Shown: piece after piece, positions 47,509 through 57,200 of the stretch
Numbering within the stretch: position 1 is the first letter of the stretch
How the letters are laid out: the number at the start of each line of letters is the position of its first letter
Source of the DNA: an uncultured Chloroflexia bacterium
GTDB taxonomy: Bacteria > Chloroflexota > Anaerolineae > Anaerolineales > UBA4823
Assembly (NCBI GenBank): GCA_963726315.1
Contig: CAVSBZ010000003.1
Span: 38,978 to 102,977, forward strand
DNA length: 64,000 nt
Direction: 5' to 3'
Notes under the pieces: generated by a model
What the model saw: the letters and a program-made list of their open reading frames with translations, nothing else
The model's database searches: none
What the model was told of the DNA's origin: nothing
Program-made: the position numbers and the translations under genes

Positions 47509-48570
47509 ATGATACATTTATCCCTTAAAAACATCTCCAAGCAATTTGCAAATAACACCGTGGTAAAAGACTTTAACCTGGACGTGGATCGGGGCGAGTT
47601 CGTCTCGTTCCTTGGACCTTCGGGTTGTGGAAAAACAACCACCTTGCGCATGATCGCCGGTTTTGAAATCCCCACAACGGGTACGGTTACGCTGGAAGGC
47701 AACGATATAACCAACAAGGCTCCCAACCAACGTAACGTGGGCATGGTCTTCCAGGCATATGCCCTGTTCCCGAATATGACCGTGGCTGGGAATATTGGTT
47801 TCGGTCTAAAAATCCGCGGGGAGAAGAAGGAAATTATCCAGGAGACGGTGAAGGAAATGCTGGCGCTGATCCATCTTGAGCAAAGGGGAGACAGCTACCC
47901 TTACCAGCTTTCAGGTGGGCAACAGCAACGTGTGGCGCTGGCCCGTGCCCTGGCCATTCACCCCGAAGTTCTTTTGCTTGACGAGCCCCTTTCAGCATTG
48001 GATGCAAAAATCCGCGTTCAGCTGCGCGCGGAAATTCGCGCGATCCAGAAAAAACTGGGTATCACCGCCATCTATGTTACGCATGACCAGGAAGAAGCCC
48101 TCTCAATCTCTGACCGCATTGTGGTCATGTTCGATGGAAAGATCGAACAGGTGGGCTCTCCGTTTGAGATTTATAACTTCCCCACAACCACTTTTGTGGC
48201 TGGTTTTGTGGGCACATTGAACACCACCACCGCTGAAGTGGTCGATCCGGTCGCCCGCTTGCTCCGTATCGATGGTGTCACTCTGCAGGCTGCTGAGGGG
48301 TTGGATGACAAACAAAAAGGCGACAAGGTTACCATCGCCATCCGCCCAGAGCGCTTCAATTTTGTTGCCCAGGAAATGAAGGCTAATCTCCTGGATTGTA
48401 TCGTTGAAAATATCACCTTTCTCGGCTCTGTCGTCCGCATCCAGGTGTCGGTTGGCAGCAACCGTTTCTATATGGATACGTTCAACAATCCATTTCTTGA
48501 GCTGCCTAAGATTGGTGATAAAGACCAGGTGACCTGCTCACGTGAGGCAGTCCTGGTGCTCAGGCAGTAA
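47509..48570 (+). CDS. ABC transporter ATP-binding protein (PotA/MalK-like with a C-terminal TOBE-type domain), intact
   Basis: Walker A GPSGCGKTT, signature LSGGQQQRV and Walker B LLLDEPLS. The 353-aa ORF is uninterrupted. Confidence 0.9.
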   Translation: MIHLSLKNISKQFANNTVVKDFNLDVDRGEFVSFLGPSGCGKTTTLRMIAGFEIPTTGTVTLEGNDITNKAPNQRNVGMVFQAYALFPNMTVAGNIGFGLKIRGEKKEIIQETVKEMLALIHLEQRGDSYPYQLSGGQQQRVALARALAIHPEVLLLDEPLSALDAKIRVQLRAEIRAIQKKLGITAIYVTHDQEEALSISDRIVVMFDGKIEQVGSPFEIYNFPTTTFVAGFVGTLNTTTAEVVDPVARLLRIDGVTLQAAEGLDDKQKGDKVTIAIRPERFNFVAQEMKANLLDCIVENITFLGSVVRIQVSVGSNRFYMDTFNNPFLELPKIGDKDQVTCSREAVLVLRQ

Positions 48571-48610
48571 TTAGAGTCAACCACACAGAGATAGTTGAAG
48601 AGACGTACTT

Positions 48611-48645
48611 ATCCCCGACCGGTAAATGTGGTTGGGGATTTTTTA
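48611..48645 (+). terminator. Rho-independent terminator after the ABC ATPase gene
   Basis: atccccgacc / ggttggggat form a 10-bp stem with one G-U pair and a 9-nt loop, followed by tttttt. It sits between convergent genes. Confidence 0.7.
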
Positions 48646-48651
48646 TCCGAT

Positions 48652-49506
48652 TTACCCGAACACCGCGATCATGACGATCCCAGCGAAGATCACCACTGCG
48701 CCGAAAATGCGGATTTTTCCCATCTGTTCCCCCAGGAAATACCACCCAGCAAATGCGCCCATCACCACGCTTACCTCACGGATGGCTTCCGAATAATTCA
48801 CAGGGGCGATCGAGTAAGCAAAGAGAGCAGACAGATAAGCAACCACGGCCAGGATACCGACCAGGATAAGACGAGCTGGCTGCTTCTTAAATGTGTTGAG
48901 GCTTTGCTCCCAACCATAATGCCGGACGATCAGGGGTGTGGTAAATACCGGCATCAGCATGAACAGGCTCAAGCCATACGATAACGCTGGACCATGTTTG
49001 ACTGCGTATCCATCCACCAGGGTATATATCGAGATGACCAATGCAACCGATAGCGCAATCGCAATCCCGCGCAAATGTGGTTTACCGGTGGGATTCTGGA
49101 GCAAACTGGTGGCACCGATAATTGCTAAACCGCACACGATTAGGAAAATGCCCAGCAAGCCACCGATGCTGGGGATCTCGTTAAGGAATAATGCGCTCCA
49201 AATTACAACCAGAGCAGGCGCAGCTCCACGCGCCACCGGGTAGACGAGGGAAAAATCATTGTCATGATAGGCGTAAGTAAGGATGCCGAAATAAATGGCC
49301 TCCAGAATCGTGCTGATTAACACCAAAAGCCACATGCTACGGGGTGGTAAACCGATAAATAAAAGGGCAAAAATCGAAACGATACTGCCAATGATGACCT
49401 GCCAACCCATGGCAAGATATTTTTCGTTGGATTTTTTAAGCAGCAGGTTCCATAGGGCATGCAGGGCAGCGGAGGAAAGCAGCAATGCGATGGCAAGGCC
49501 GGACAT
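48652..49506 (-). CDS. EamA/DMT-family transporter
   Basis: 284 aa with about 10 hydrophobic segments arranged as two similar halves. Confidence 0.75.
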   Translation of the reverse strand: MSGLAIALLLSSAALHALWNLLLKKSNEKYLAMGWQVIIGSIVSIFALLFIGLPPRSMWLLVLISTILEAIYFGILTYAYHDNDFSLVYPVARGAAPALVVIWSALFLNEIPSIGGLLGIFLIVCGLAIIGATSLLQNPTGKPHLRGIAIALSVALVISIYTLVDGYAVKHGPALSYGLSLFMLMPVFTTPLIVRHYGWEQSLNTFKKQPARLILVGILAVVAYLSALFAYSIAPVNYSEAIREVSVVMGAFAGWYFLGEQMGKIRIFGAVVIFAGIVMIAVFG

Positions 49507-49636
49507 AGCCTGTATTAAATCATAAACTGCCCGCCCTTGCTAGTAATTCATCGTTATGAGGAGAGCATTCACCCTATATACTTCATGTCTGGGGTAATTC
49601 TCAATCACGCCGTTATGAAAATTGACAATTTTGCTG

Positions 49637-50572
49637 TCAACTTCCACCGATCACCGCACGAATAAGTTTATAACCTTCCTTATCGAAAGCTGAGGCGACC
49701 GTATCCTGGAGTTTTTCTCCGGGGGTTAAAGCTACCATATAGCCTCCTCTGCCTCCTCCAGTGACCTTTGCTCCCCACGCCCCTTTTTCTAGGGCTAACT
49801 TGCATAGATAGTCCAGTGTTTCGTGGGAGAATTGCATATCGATCAGGATTTTGTGATTATTCGACATGATCTCTCCCACGTGTTCCAATTCGCCAGCGGA
49901 GAGTGCTTGTTTCATGTCATAAGCCTGGTCGGTGATCATTTTAAGACGCGATAAAAATAGCTCGGGATTTTCTTTCTTTTGCTTCTCGCTAACTTCATCC
50001 AATAAGGCAGTGTTCGCTGTGATCCCGCTGTTGGCTAATACGATTTCAAATGGTTTTGGAGTTTTAATTCTCTCGAAATGTTGTTGACCATTTATTAATT
50101 GGAAAAGAAGCAGTCCGCCATAGGTCGATGCGGTATTGTCAACGCCACTGGCAATCCCATGGTACGGAAATTCACCCTGCCACGCCACCCGGTTGATCTC
50201 TTCAATTGGATAGCCCAAATTGAATTCGGCGTTCAAGGCTCGCGCCAACGACACGCAGCTGGCTGCACTGGCACCCACCCCGCTGCCAGCAAGCAAGGTT
50301 CCTTCAAAGGTAATCTTTATCGCTTGCTTTTTGACGTCAATATTCATGACTTCTAGAATTCTATCTATTGAGCGCCTCTGCTGTTCCTTTTTCTTTTCTT
50401 TGTAACCGGGGACTTCGATACGATTATCTACCAGTGTCCAACCTTCTCCCGCGGTTCTTTCCACAATCGCCACAGTTTCATAGGAAATTGCTGAAACAAT
50501 CGCAGGTACCGCTTCCAGGACAAATTGATCACCGATTAAGATTGTTTTTCCAAAACCAGTTCCTTTAGCCAT
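49637..50572 (-). CDS. GHMP-family kinase (mevalonate-kinase-like)
   Basis: Contains GKTILIGDQFVL, the GHMP motif AGSGVGASAAS and a C-terminal KVTGGGRGG. I moved the start to ATG 50572 (MAKGTGFGK), which overlaps the upstream stop by 8 nt. Confidence 0.65.
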   Translation of the reverse strand: MAKGTGFGKTILIGDQFVLEAVPAIVSAISYETVAIVERTAGEGWTLVDNRIEVPGYKEKKKEQQRRSIDRILEVMNIDVKKQAIKITFEGTLLAGSGVGASAASCVSLARALNAEFNLGYPIEEINRVAWQGEFPYHGIASGVDNTASTYGGLLLFQLINGQQHFERIKTPKPFEIVLANSGITANTALLDEVSEKQKKENPELFLSRLKMITDQAYDMKQALSAGELEHVGEIMSNNHKILIDMQFSHETLDYLCKLALEKGAWGAKVTGGGRGGYMVALTPGEKLQDTVASAFDKEGYKLIRAVIGGS

Positions 50573-51779
50573 TAGATTTCCTTTCGATGATATGTTCCAT
50601 TTCCTCAATCAGTTTTTCTTCTTTGCCAATAGCTACCGTGGTTGCCGCCGTCAAGCTGTGGCATGCATCAGAAAATCCACCTAGTTTGTCGGTCGCTTCG
50701 GGGAGCATAATGTTGAGTCCTATAGCTCTGGCCGCCCTGATTTCTCCTTCCATGTATGGAGAGACTCTCATGGAGACCTTCACATCATTAAACTTAATTG
50801 CTCCAAACCCAGGGATTTCATCGGGGATAATTTGAAATCCTGCAATATATTTCCGGGGATCAATCAGGTTGGTATCCTTGATCGCATCACAAAATGCACC
50901 GATCATTTTTACCCCCATCGGGAAAAAGCGCTTTTCGACATTAAACCACTGGATGTGAGCTGATTGTTTCATATCGCCAGATCGAAGTCTTGAAATCTCA
51001 TCAGTAAAAATTTTCGTACGGATCGTTTTTAATTCTTCTACCATCCGATCTGCCTGGGGTGAAAATCCCTCGAGGCATACCCTGACCCCCATGTCTGGTC
51101 CATTCTGATAATAGCCCACCCCTCCCAATAGATCGAGATAATCACCCACTTCAATACAGGATATTTTGCCTTTGGAGCTGATTAATAGATACTCCTCCCC
51201 ATGAGCCTGTTTTCTGATCTCGAGCTGCCCTTGCTGAACGGCTTCTAAAGCTACATCGCGGTTCTGACTCACCAGCTTGCCATCCACAAAAAAACCATCA
51301 CCCACCGCTCCAATCGCTGCGATATGAGCCATATCACGGTTGAGTGCATTCATCGCCAGTGCGAAGAGATAGCACGTTGTCGACCCTGAAATATCTCGGT
51401 CCCCCTTCAATCCAAACAAATCTGGGTCAAGATTAAGCACACGTTCATCGGTAGAGGCTTCAGCCACATGGTGGTCAAGGATCAGGGTTAAATTTCTGCC
51501 CTTGTTCAACTCGGAAAGCAGGGGTGCGATCCTTCCGGCAAAATCAGCAAAAATAAGGATTTGGCCCTCCTGCTCGTAAACCTTTCTCAGTACAGCGGGA
51601 TAAGGTTTTTCCAAACAGAAACGATGGACCTTAAATCCTTGCCTTTCGAATGCGCGGTTGAGGATGGCACCCGAAGTAAGCCCATCCGAATCGTTATGGT
51701 GAAAGATCTGGACAGTCTTTTCAGGCCAATGCATGATTTCTTGTACGGCTCGTTCCATCGCATCAGTTAGGGTAGTCAA
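50565..51779 (-). CDS. DHH/DHHA1-family phosphoesterase (RecJ/NrnA-like)
   Basis: Contains HHNDSDGLTSGAIL (DHH motifs I/II), ILDHH and GGFSDACH near the C-terminus. 404 aa. Confidence 0.75.
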   Translation of the reverse strand: MTTLTDAMERAVQEIMHWPEKTVQIFHHNDSDGLTSGAILNRAFERQGFKVHRFCLEKPYPAVLRKVYEQEGQILIFADFAGRIAPLLSELNKGRNLTLILDHHVAEASTDERVLNLDPDLFGLKGDRDISGSTTCYLFALAMNALNRDMAHIAAIGAVGDGFFVDGKLVSQNRDVALEAVQQGQLEIRKQAHGEEYLLISSKGKISCIEVGDYLDLLGGVGYYQNGPDMGVRVCLEGFSPQADRMVEELKTIRTKIFTDEISRLRSGDMKQSAHIQWFNVEKRFFPMGVKMIGAFCDAIKDTNLIDPRKYIAGFQIIPDEIPGFGAIKFNDVKVSMRVSPYMEGEIRAARAIGLNIMLPEATDKLGGFSDACHSLTAATTVAIGKEEKLIEEMEHIIERKSNG

Positions 51780-52192
51780 TATTAATCTCCTTTACCTCAT
51801 TTTTAGCCCCCAAATCATAACACAACAGAAATATATTTCAAGACGACTAAAATAAGCTAGCTTATCCGCGAAAATCCAGCGCATATTATGAAATAGGCAT
51901 GGATCGGTGTGGGTGAGTCGTGGGAAGCAATTTTATAAGCTAAACTGTGCCTGGATAACGGTCAAAGCTCGGAAATAAAAAGATCAACTCAGCTGTTATA
52001 GGCCAATCGCATTTGTGCCTCCACAATAAGTTACTGGAATGTTTTCACCATCTTCTCCATCGGGATTAATTAAGGAAGTGGTACAATCCTGGCTGTTAAG
52101 TTAGTCCTTTTTGTCGATTTGTTTCTTCTCTTGTTCGTCGTCACTCAAAGCGCAATCGTAATAAGTATGATCATTCTTAGAAAAGGGTCTAT

Positions 52193-52999
52193 ATGATCGA
52201 TGGCATTGAGAAATTGAGCACGGTTCGTGGCTTCCTGCTGGATATGGATGGCACTTTCTACCTGGGTGATCACTTACTCGAGGGTGCATTGCGATTTATT
52301 GATCTCTTGCATGCTCAAAAGAAAGAGTTCCTCTTCCTGACGAATAATTCTTCCAAGCATCGTCGCCAATATGCGGAAAAGATCAATCGGCTCGGACTTC
52401 CGATTAGCGAAGAAGCGGTGTTGACCTCTGGAGAGGCGACAGCATTATATTTGAGGGAACAGCATCCTGGGGCTAATCTCTTTTTGGTCGGTACCCCATC
52501 CCTTGAGGCAGAATTCCGTCAATACGGTTTTCAACTTGTTCAGCAGGACCCACAATTCCTGGTGCTCGGATTCGACACAACCCTGACCTATCAAAAGCTG
52601 TGGGCGTTATGTGATTTTGTGAGGGCAGGTATTCCTTACATCGCCACGCATCCAGATTTCAACTGTCCCACGGAAAAGGGTTTTATGCCAGATGTCGGCG
52701 CGATGATCGCCTTCGTCGAAGCTGCCACAGGCCGGCAGCCCGACTTGGTGGTAGGTAAGCCGAATCGACTGATCGTAGATTCTGCAGCAGTCAAGATGGG
52801 CTTGCAGGTAGGCCAGTTGGCTATGATAGGCGACCGGTTATATACGGATATCGCCCTCGGTCAGACGAGTGGGATTGTCACCGTTTTGGTCTTGAGCGGC
52901 GAAACGAAATTCGAAGACCTGAAAGACTCGCCTTTTCAACCGGATTACACATTCGAGAACCTGGCCGGAGTGGCTGATTGGCTGGAACAGAACTGTTAG
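52193..52999 (+). CDS. HAD-IIA phosphatase (NagD-like)
   Basis: Contains FLLDMDGTFYLG, FLTNNSS and IGDRLYTDI. 268 aa. Confidence 0.8.
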   Translation: MIDGIEKLSTVRGFLLDMDGTFYLGDHLLEGALRFIDLLHAQKKEFLFLTNNSSKHRRQYAEKINRLGLPISEEAVLTSGEATALYLREQHPGANLFLVGTPSLEAEFRQYGFQLVQQDPQFLVLGFDTTLTYQKLWALCDFVRAGIPYIATHPDFNCPTEKGFMPDVGAMIAFVEAATGRQPDLVVGKPNRLIVDSAAVKMGLQVGQLAMIGDRLYTDIALGQTSGIVTVLVLSGETKFEDLKDSPFQPDYTFENLAGVADWLEQNC

Positions 53000-53068
53000 C
53001 CTGATCTACCCGGATGTTACCATTGGATCCAATCCTAAAAGGTCTTGCTGCTGCTGATGGGGGTTTGG

Positions 53069-53097
53069 TTGACGGATTACCTGAATGGGATTACAAT
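53069..53097 (+). promoter_or_regulatory. Candidate sigma70 promoter (TTGACG-N17-TACAAT) upstream of tRNA-Ala
   Basis: Hexamers and the 17-nt spacer were read directly. The -10 element ends 15 nt before the tRNA 5' end. Confidence 0.5.
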
Positions 53098-53112
53098 TCT
53101 GGCTACATTTTT

Positions 53113-53185
53113 GGGCCCATAGCGCAGTTGGGAGCGCGTCTCAATGGCATTGAGAAGGCCGAGGGTTCGAATCCCTCTGGGTCCA
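53113..53185 (+). tRNA. tRNA-Ala: tRNA-Ala (anticodon GGC)
   Basis: A 73-nt cloverleaf folded by hand. Acceptor GGGCCCA/TGGGTCC with G3:U70. D-arm GCGC-AGTTGGGA-GCGC. Anticodon arm TCTCA-ATGGCAT-TGAGA with U33 and A37. T-arm GAGGG-TTCGAAT-CCCTC. Discriminator A. CCA is not encoded. Confidence 0.9.
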
Positions 53186-53197
53186 CTAAAAAGTCAT

Positions 53198-53478
53198 GGC
53201 AGGAGTAATAAGCCATCCTTCAGCGAGCCGGGAGAGCGAGGTGTGAGCCCGGCATGGTGCCCAAGGAGCACAATCAATAGGGTTGAACTCGCCTGCCGTC
53301 CTGAGTGATCAGGACAGACTTCAACAGTGAAAACCGTTCATGTGGAATGTAGCTGTTGGCAGGTTTCGCCTGTTATTGCGAATCTGAGTGGCTGAATAAT
53401 CCATAAGTTGATGGATTATGCTGCAACCAGGGTGGTACCGCGGAGATAACCTTCGTCCCTGAATGGACGAAGGTTTTT
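53198..53478 (+). promoter_or_regulatory. T-box riboswitch leader (probable Leu, CUC specifier) with terminator/antiterminator
   Basis: Exact T-box core AGGGTGGTACCGCGG (53429-53443). The antiterminator folds as CAGGG-[UGGUACC bulge]-GCG...CGU-CCCUG. The terminator is ccttcgtcc/ggacgaagg plus TTTTT (53450-53478). The Stem I base is GGCAGG/CCUGCC with 5' AGUA and 3' GAA-CUC-G in the specifier loop. Confidence 0.8.
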
Positions 53479-53511
53479 GTTCTTTAACAAGCGTTATGAT
53501 AGATATGTGGA

Positions 53512-54099
53512 TCAGAAAACGGCATCTGTATTGACGACGTTCAAAAATACATCCACGACTTCCGGATCGAATTGCGTACCTCTGACCCTTTGCAGCTCAG
53601 CGACGGCTTCCTCGTGGGTATACGCCGGTCGATAGTAGCGCTCTTCGACCATCGCCTGATAAGCGTCAGCGATACCAAGGATACGGGCACCGAGAGGAAT
53701 ATTCTTACCGCTTAGACCTTTGGGGTAACCTGTTCCATCAAATTTTTCCTGATGGGCTGAAATGGTTGGGGCGAGCGATGGATAGGCATCGATCGAGCTA
53801 ACGATATTCGAGCCGATCGTGGGATGCATTTTGATGAGCACCCAATCTTGATCGGAGAGGATTGACTTCTTCCGTAAAACGCGATCGGAAATGCCGATTT
53901 TACCGATATCGTGAAGGATGGATGCCCAATACACATTTTCAATTTCGTCATCGCTCATTTTGAGCTCACGCGCTGTGGTGCTTGCCCATTTAGCCACCTT
54001 TGCGCTGTGTTCACCGCTTCTTGAGACACGACGATCGACGAATTTGGCGATGCTGATCAATAATTGAAGCCAAAGTGCCTGTTTTTGCGAGTTGGTCAT
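53512..54099 (-). CDS. Stand-alone HD-GYP domain protein (putative c-di-GMP phosphodiesterase)
   Basis: Contains the HDIGK and FDGTGYPKGL motifs. I moved the start to ATG 54099 (MTNSQKQ...) because the 43 codons upstream in the ORF track look non-coding. Confidence 0.8.
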   Translation of the reverse strand: MTNSQKQALWLQLLISIAKFVDRRVSRSGEHSAKVAKWASTTARELKMSDDEIENVYWASILHDIGKIGISDRVLRKKSILSDQDWVLIKMHPTIGSNIVSSIDAYPSLAPTISAHQEKFDGTGYPKGLSGKNIPLGARILGIADAYQAMVEERYYRPAYTHEEAVAELQRVRGTQFDPEVVDVFLNVVNTDAVF

Positions 54100-54219
54100 A
54101 TTGTCTCTTCTCTGGATGAGTTGGTTTCTGGTTTCACTGATGCAAAATCTGTACCAGCTTATAAAACAAAAATGAGGAGTTATCAAGGATTTAGCGAGTA
54201 ATTTGAAGGAGCATGAAAA

Positions 54220-57200
54220 ATGAAACAAATAATCCAGGCTGACCCCGAAATTATTCGGACCGAACAGACTGAGGCGCGAAAAATAATCGCTTCGCCCATA
54301 GAGTTTGATTTTAAAGCTGTGTTCGACGTGGATGATTATATGTATTTTTACAGCGAGCAGCTAACTGACGAGCGTACTGAAATTGAAGTAAGTACGCTGG
54401 TCAGCTTGCTTGAGTTGGACGCTCCAAAAACCATCCTCGACCTGGCTTGCGGGTATGGCAGGCATACCAACCGCCTGGCAGCCCTGGGTCACACGATGAC
54501 GGGCATCGATTTGATGCCGGGCTTCCTGGAGATTGCCTGGTTGAACGCATTCCAGCAAAAGGTTGATGTAAACTATCAGCAGGGTGATATGCGATCAATC
54601 AGTTTTGAGGATGAATATGACTTCGTCCTGTTGCTCTTCACTGCGTTTGGTTATTTTAGTGATGAGGAGAACCTCAAGGTGTTGGTCAATGCGAAGCGAG
54701 CTTTGAAACCAGGCGGTAAATTGATCTTTGATACGCTTAACCGGGATACATTCTTACGCGAGATGCGCCCATATCTCGTGGTTGAGAAGCAAGGAAACCT
54801 GATGATCGATCGCATTTCTTTCGATAGCGCACAGGGGAGGTTATATAATAAACGGATTGTAATCCGGGATGGAATCCGAAAGGATAAACCGTATTTTACC
54901 CGGTTATATAATCCGAGTGAAATCAGCGCATTGGTCACGCAGGCTGGGTTCGAGATGTCACAAATTTATGGAGGCTGGGAGGCGAGCGAATTAACCGCAG
55001 CATCACGTAGAATGGTGATAATCGCCCAAAAGCCAGAACGAGCTAATAATTTGACAATTAATACTATTGATAAAACGGAGATCCGAATGTCTGAATTACC
55101 AGTTTATAACCCAACAAAAATTGAACCCAAATGGCAGAAAAAATGGGAAAATGACGGTCTTTACCATGCGGTGATTGATCATTCCATTCCAAAGTACTAT
55201 GCCTTGACTATGCTACCGTATACTTCGGGAGACCTACACATTGGGCATTGGTACGCCATGACCCCTCCTGATGCCAGGGCACGTTTTAAACGCATGCAGG
55301 GATTCAACGTAGTGTTCCCAATCGGGTTTGATGCCTTTGGATTGCCTGCTGAAAATGCGGCGATAAGTAAAAGTATCCACCCAAAAATCTGGACCTACGC
55401 CAATATTGACCATATGCGCAAGCAGCTGAAAAGCATGGGTGCGATGTGGGATTGGCAGCGGGAAATGGTATCGTGTGACCCTGAGTATTACCGCTGGACA
55501 CAATGGTTTTTTATTCAGCTGTATAAACAGGGGTTAGCTTACCGAAAATATTCACCTGTTGATTGGTGTCCGAAGGACCAGACCACATTGGCGCGCGAGC
55601 AGGTAATTGGCGATGACCGCCGTTGTGATCGATGCGGTACACCAGTAATTAAAAAAGATCTGGATCAATGGTTTTTCAAGATCACCGATTACGCCGACGA
55701 ATTATTGGATTATTCCACCATCGATTGGCCGGACCGCGTTCGAACTCTTCAGACGAACTGGATTGGCCGATCAGAAGGCGCATCGGTTACCTTCCATACA
55801 GAGCAGGGTGACCCAATCGAAGTCTTTACCACCCGACCGGATACCCTGTGGGGCGTTACTTTCATGGTCCTGGCACCGGAGCATCCTTTGGTCAAGAAAA
55901 TAACTGCTCCAGGCATGAGCTGGGGTATCGAATCGTACATCCAGCAGGCTGGTCGGCAATCAGATAGAGACCGTGAAGCCACTGACAAAGAAAAAACCGG
56001 TGTATTTACAGGCGGATATGCGATCAATCCAATAAACAATGAGAAGATCCCAATCTGGATTGCAGACTACGTGCTGATGACGTATGGCACGGGTGCCATT
56101 ATGGCGGTGCCTGCCCACGACCAGCGAGATTTTGAGTTTGCGCGTAAGTACGGTCTGGAAGTGCGTATAGTCATCCAACCTCCGGATTCTGAGCCACTGG
56201 ATGGCGCCACGATGGAAGCATCTGTCCCTGCGAGTGGTGTAATGGTTAATTCAGGCTCACTGACCGGGACACCTGCTGATAAGGCATTTAATACTGCTAT
56301 TGCCTATATCAAGGAAAGAGGAATTGGTGAAGCGACGGTGAATTATAAGCTACGTGACTGGTTGATATCGCGCCAGCGTTATTGGGGAGCACCTATCCCG
56401 ATGGTCTTTTGTGAAGATTGCGGTTGGAATCCTGTTCCTGACGATCAGCTGCCAGTGTTGCTACCCGATGATGTCGAATGGCAACCCACCGGTGTAAATC
56501 CATTAACCATCCATCCTACCTGGAAGAATACCACGTGTCCAGTCTGTAACAAGCCTGCAATCCGTGAGACAGACACGATGGATACATTCATGTGCTCCTC
56601 CTGGTACCACTTGCGTTATACAAGTCCACATAACAAACAGGCACCATTTGATCGTGCTGATTATGATTATTGGATGCCTGTGGATACCTATACCGGTGGA
56701 ATTGAGCATGCTACGATGCACTTGATGTACACCCGTTTCTTCCATAAGGCGCTGAGGGATATGGGTATTACGAAAGGACCCGAACCCATGATGCAGCTGC
56801 GCAACCAGGGAATTGTCCTCGGTGAGGACAACGATAAAATGTCAAAAAGCAAAGGTAACGTCATTGCGCCCGATGAGCTGGTAGCTCGTTATGGAGCAGA
56901 TACAGTCAGGGCGTATCTGATGTTCTTCGCCCGATGGGATATGGGTGCACCCTGGAGTAGCAGTGGAATGGAGGGTGTTTTCCGCTGGCTACGACGGGCA
57001 TGGACGTTGTTCACCGACCCGGTGGAAAAAGGAAACCCTGAACCCGAGGTGCTGCGTCAATTAAGGCGTAAGCTGCACCAAACATTGAAGCAAGTAACAC
57101 ATGATTTTGAGGTGTTTGAGTTCAACACGATCGTCTCCGGCTTGATGGAGCTGCTCAACGATATGTACAAGGCGCGCGAGAAAGGCGCTGTCGGATCTGC

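Noticed and set aside
51852-51865. 14-bp perfect palindrome ATAAGCTAGCTTAT upstream of the DHH gene
   Set aside because: It is a single occurrence in a 413-bp AT-rich spacer. It may be an operator, but nothing else supports that.
53014-53208. 64-aa plus-strand ORF overlapping tRNA-Ala
   Set aside because: It reads straight through a promoter and a complete tRNA cloverleaf, so the tRNA explains the sequence.
54100-54228. N-terminal extensions in the ORF track: HD-GYP 54100-54228, PLP enzyme 61317-61436, Nudix 21975-22010, GHMP kinase 50573-50608
   Set aside because: The extended residues look non-coding. They run through a terminator hairpin or the neighbouring gene, and the internal ATGs give canonical N-termini and ATGA or 8-nt coupling overlaps.
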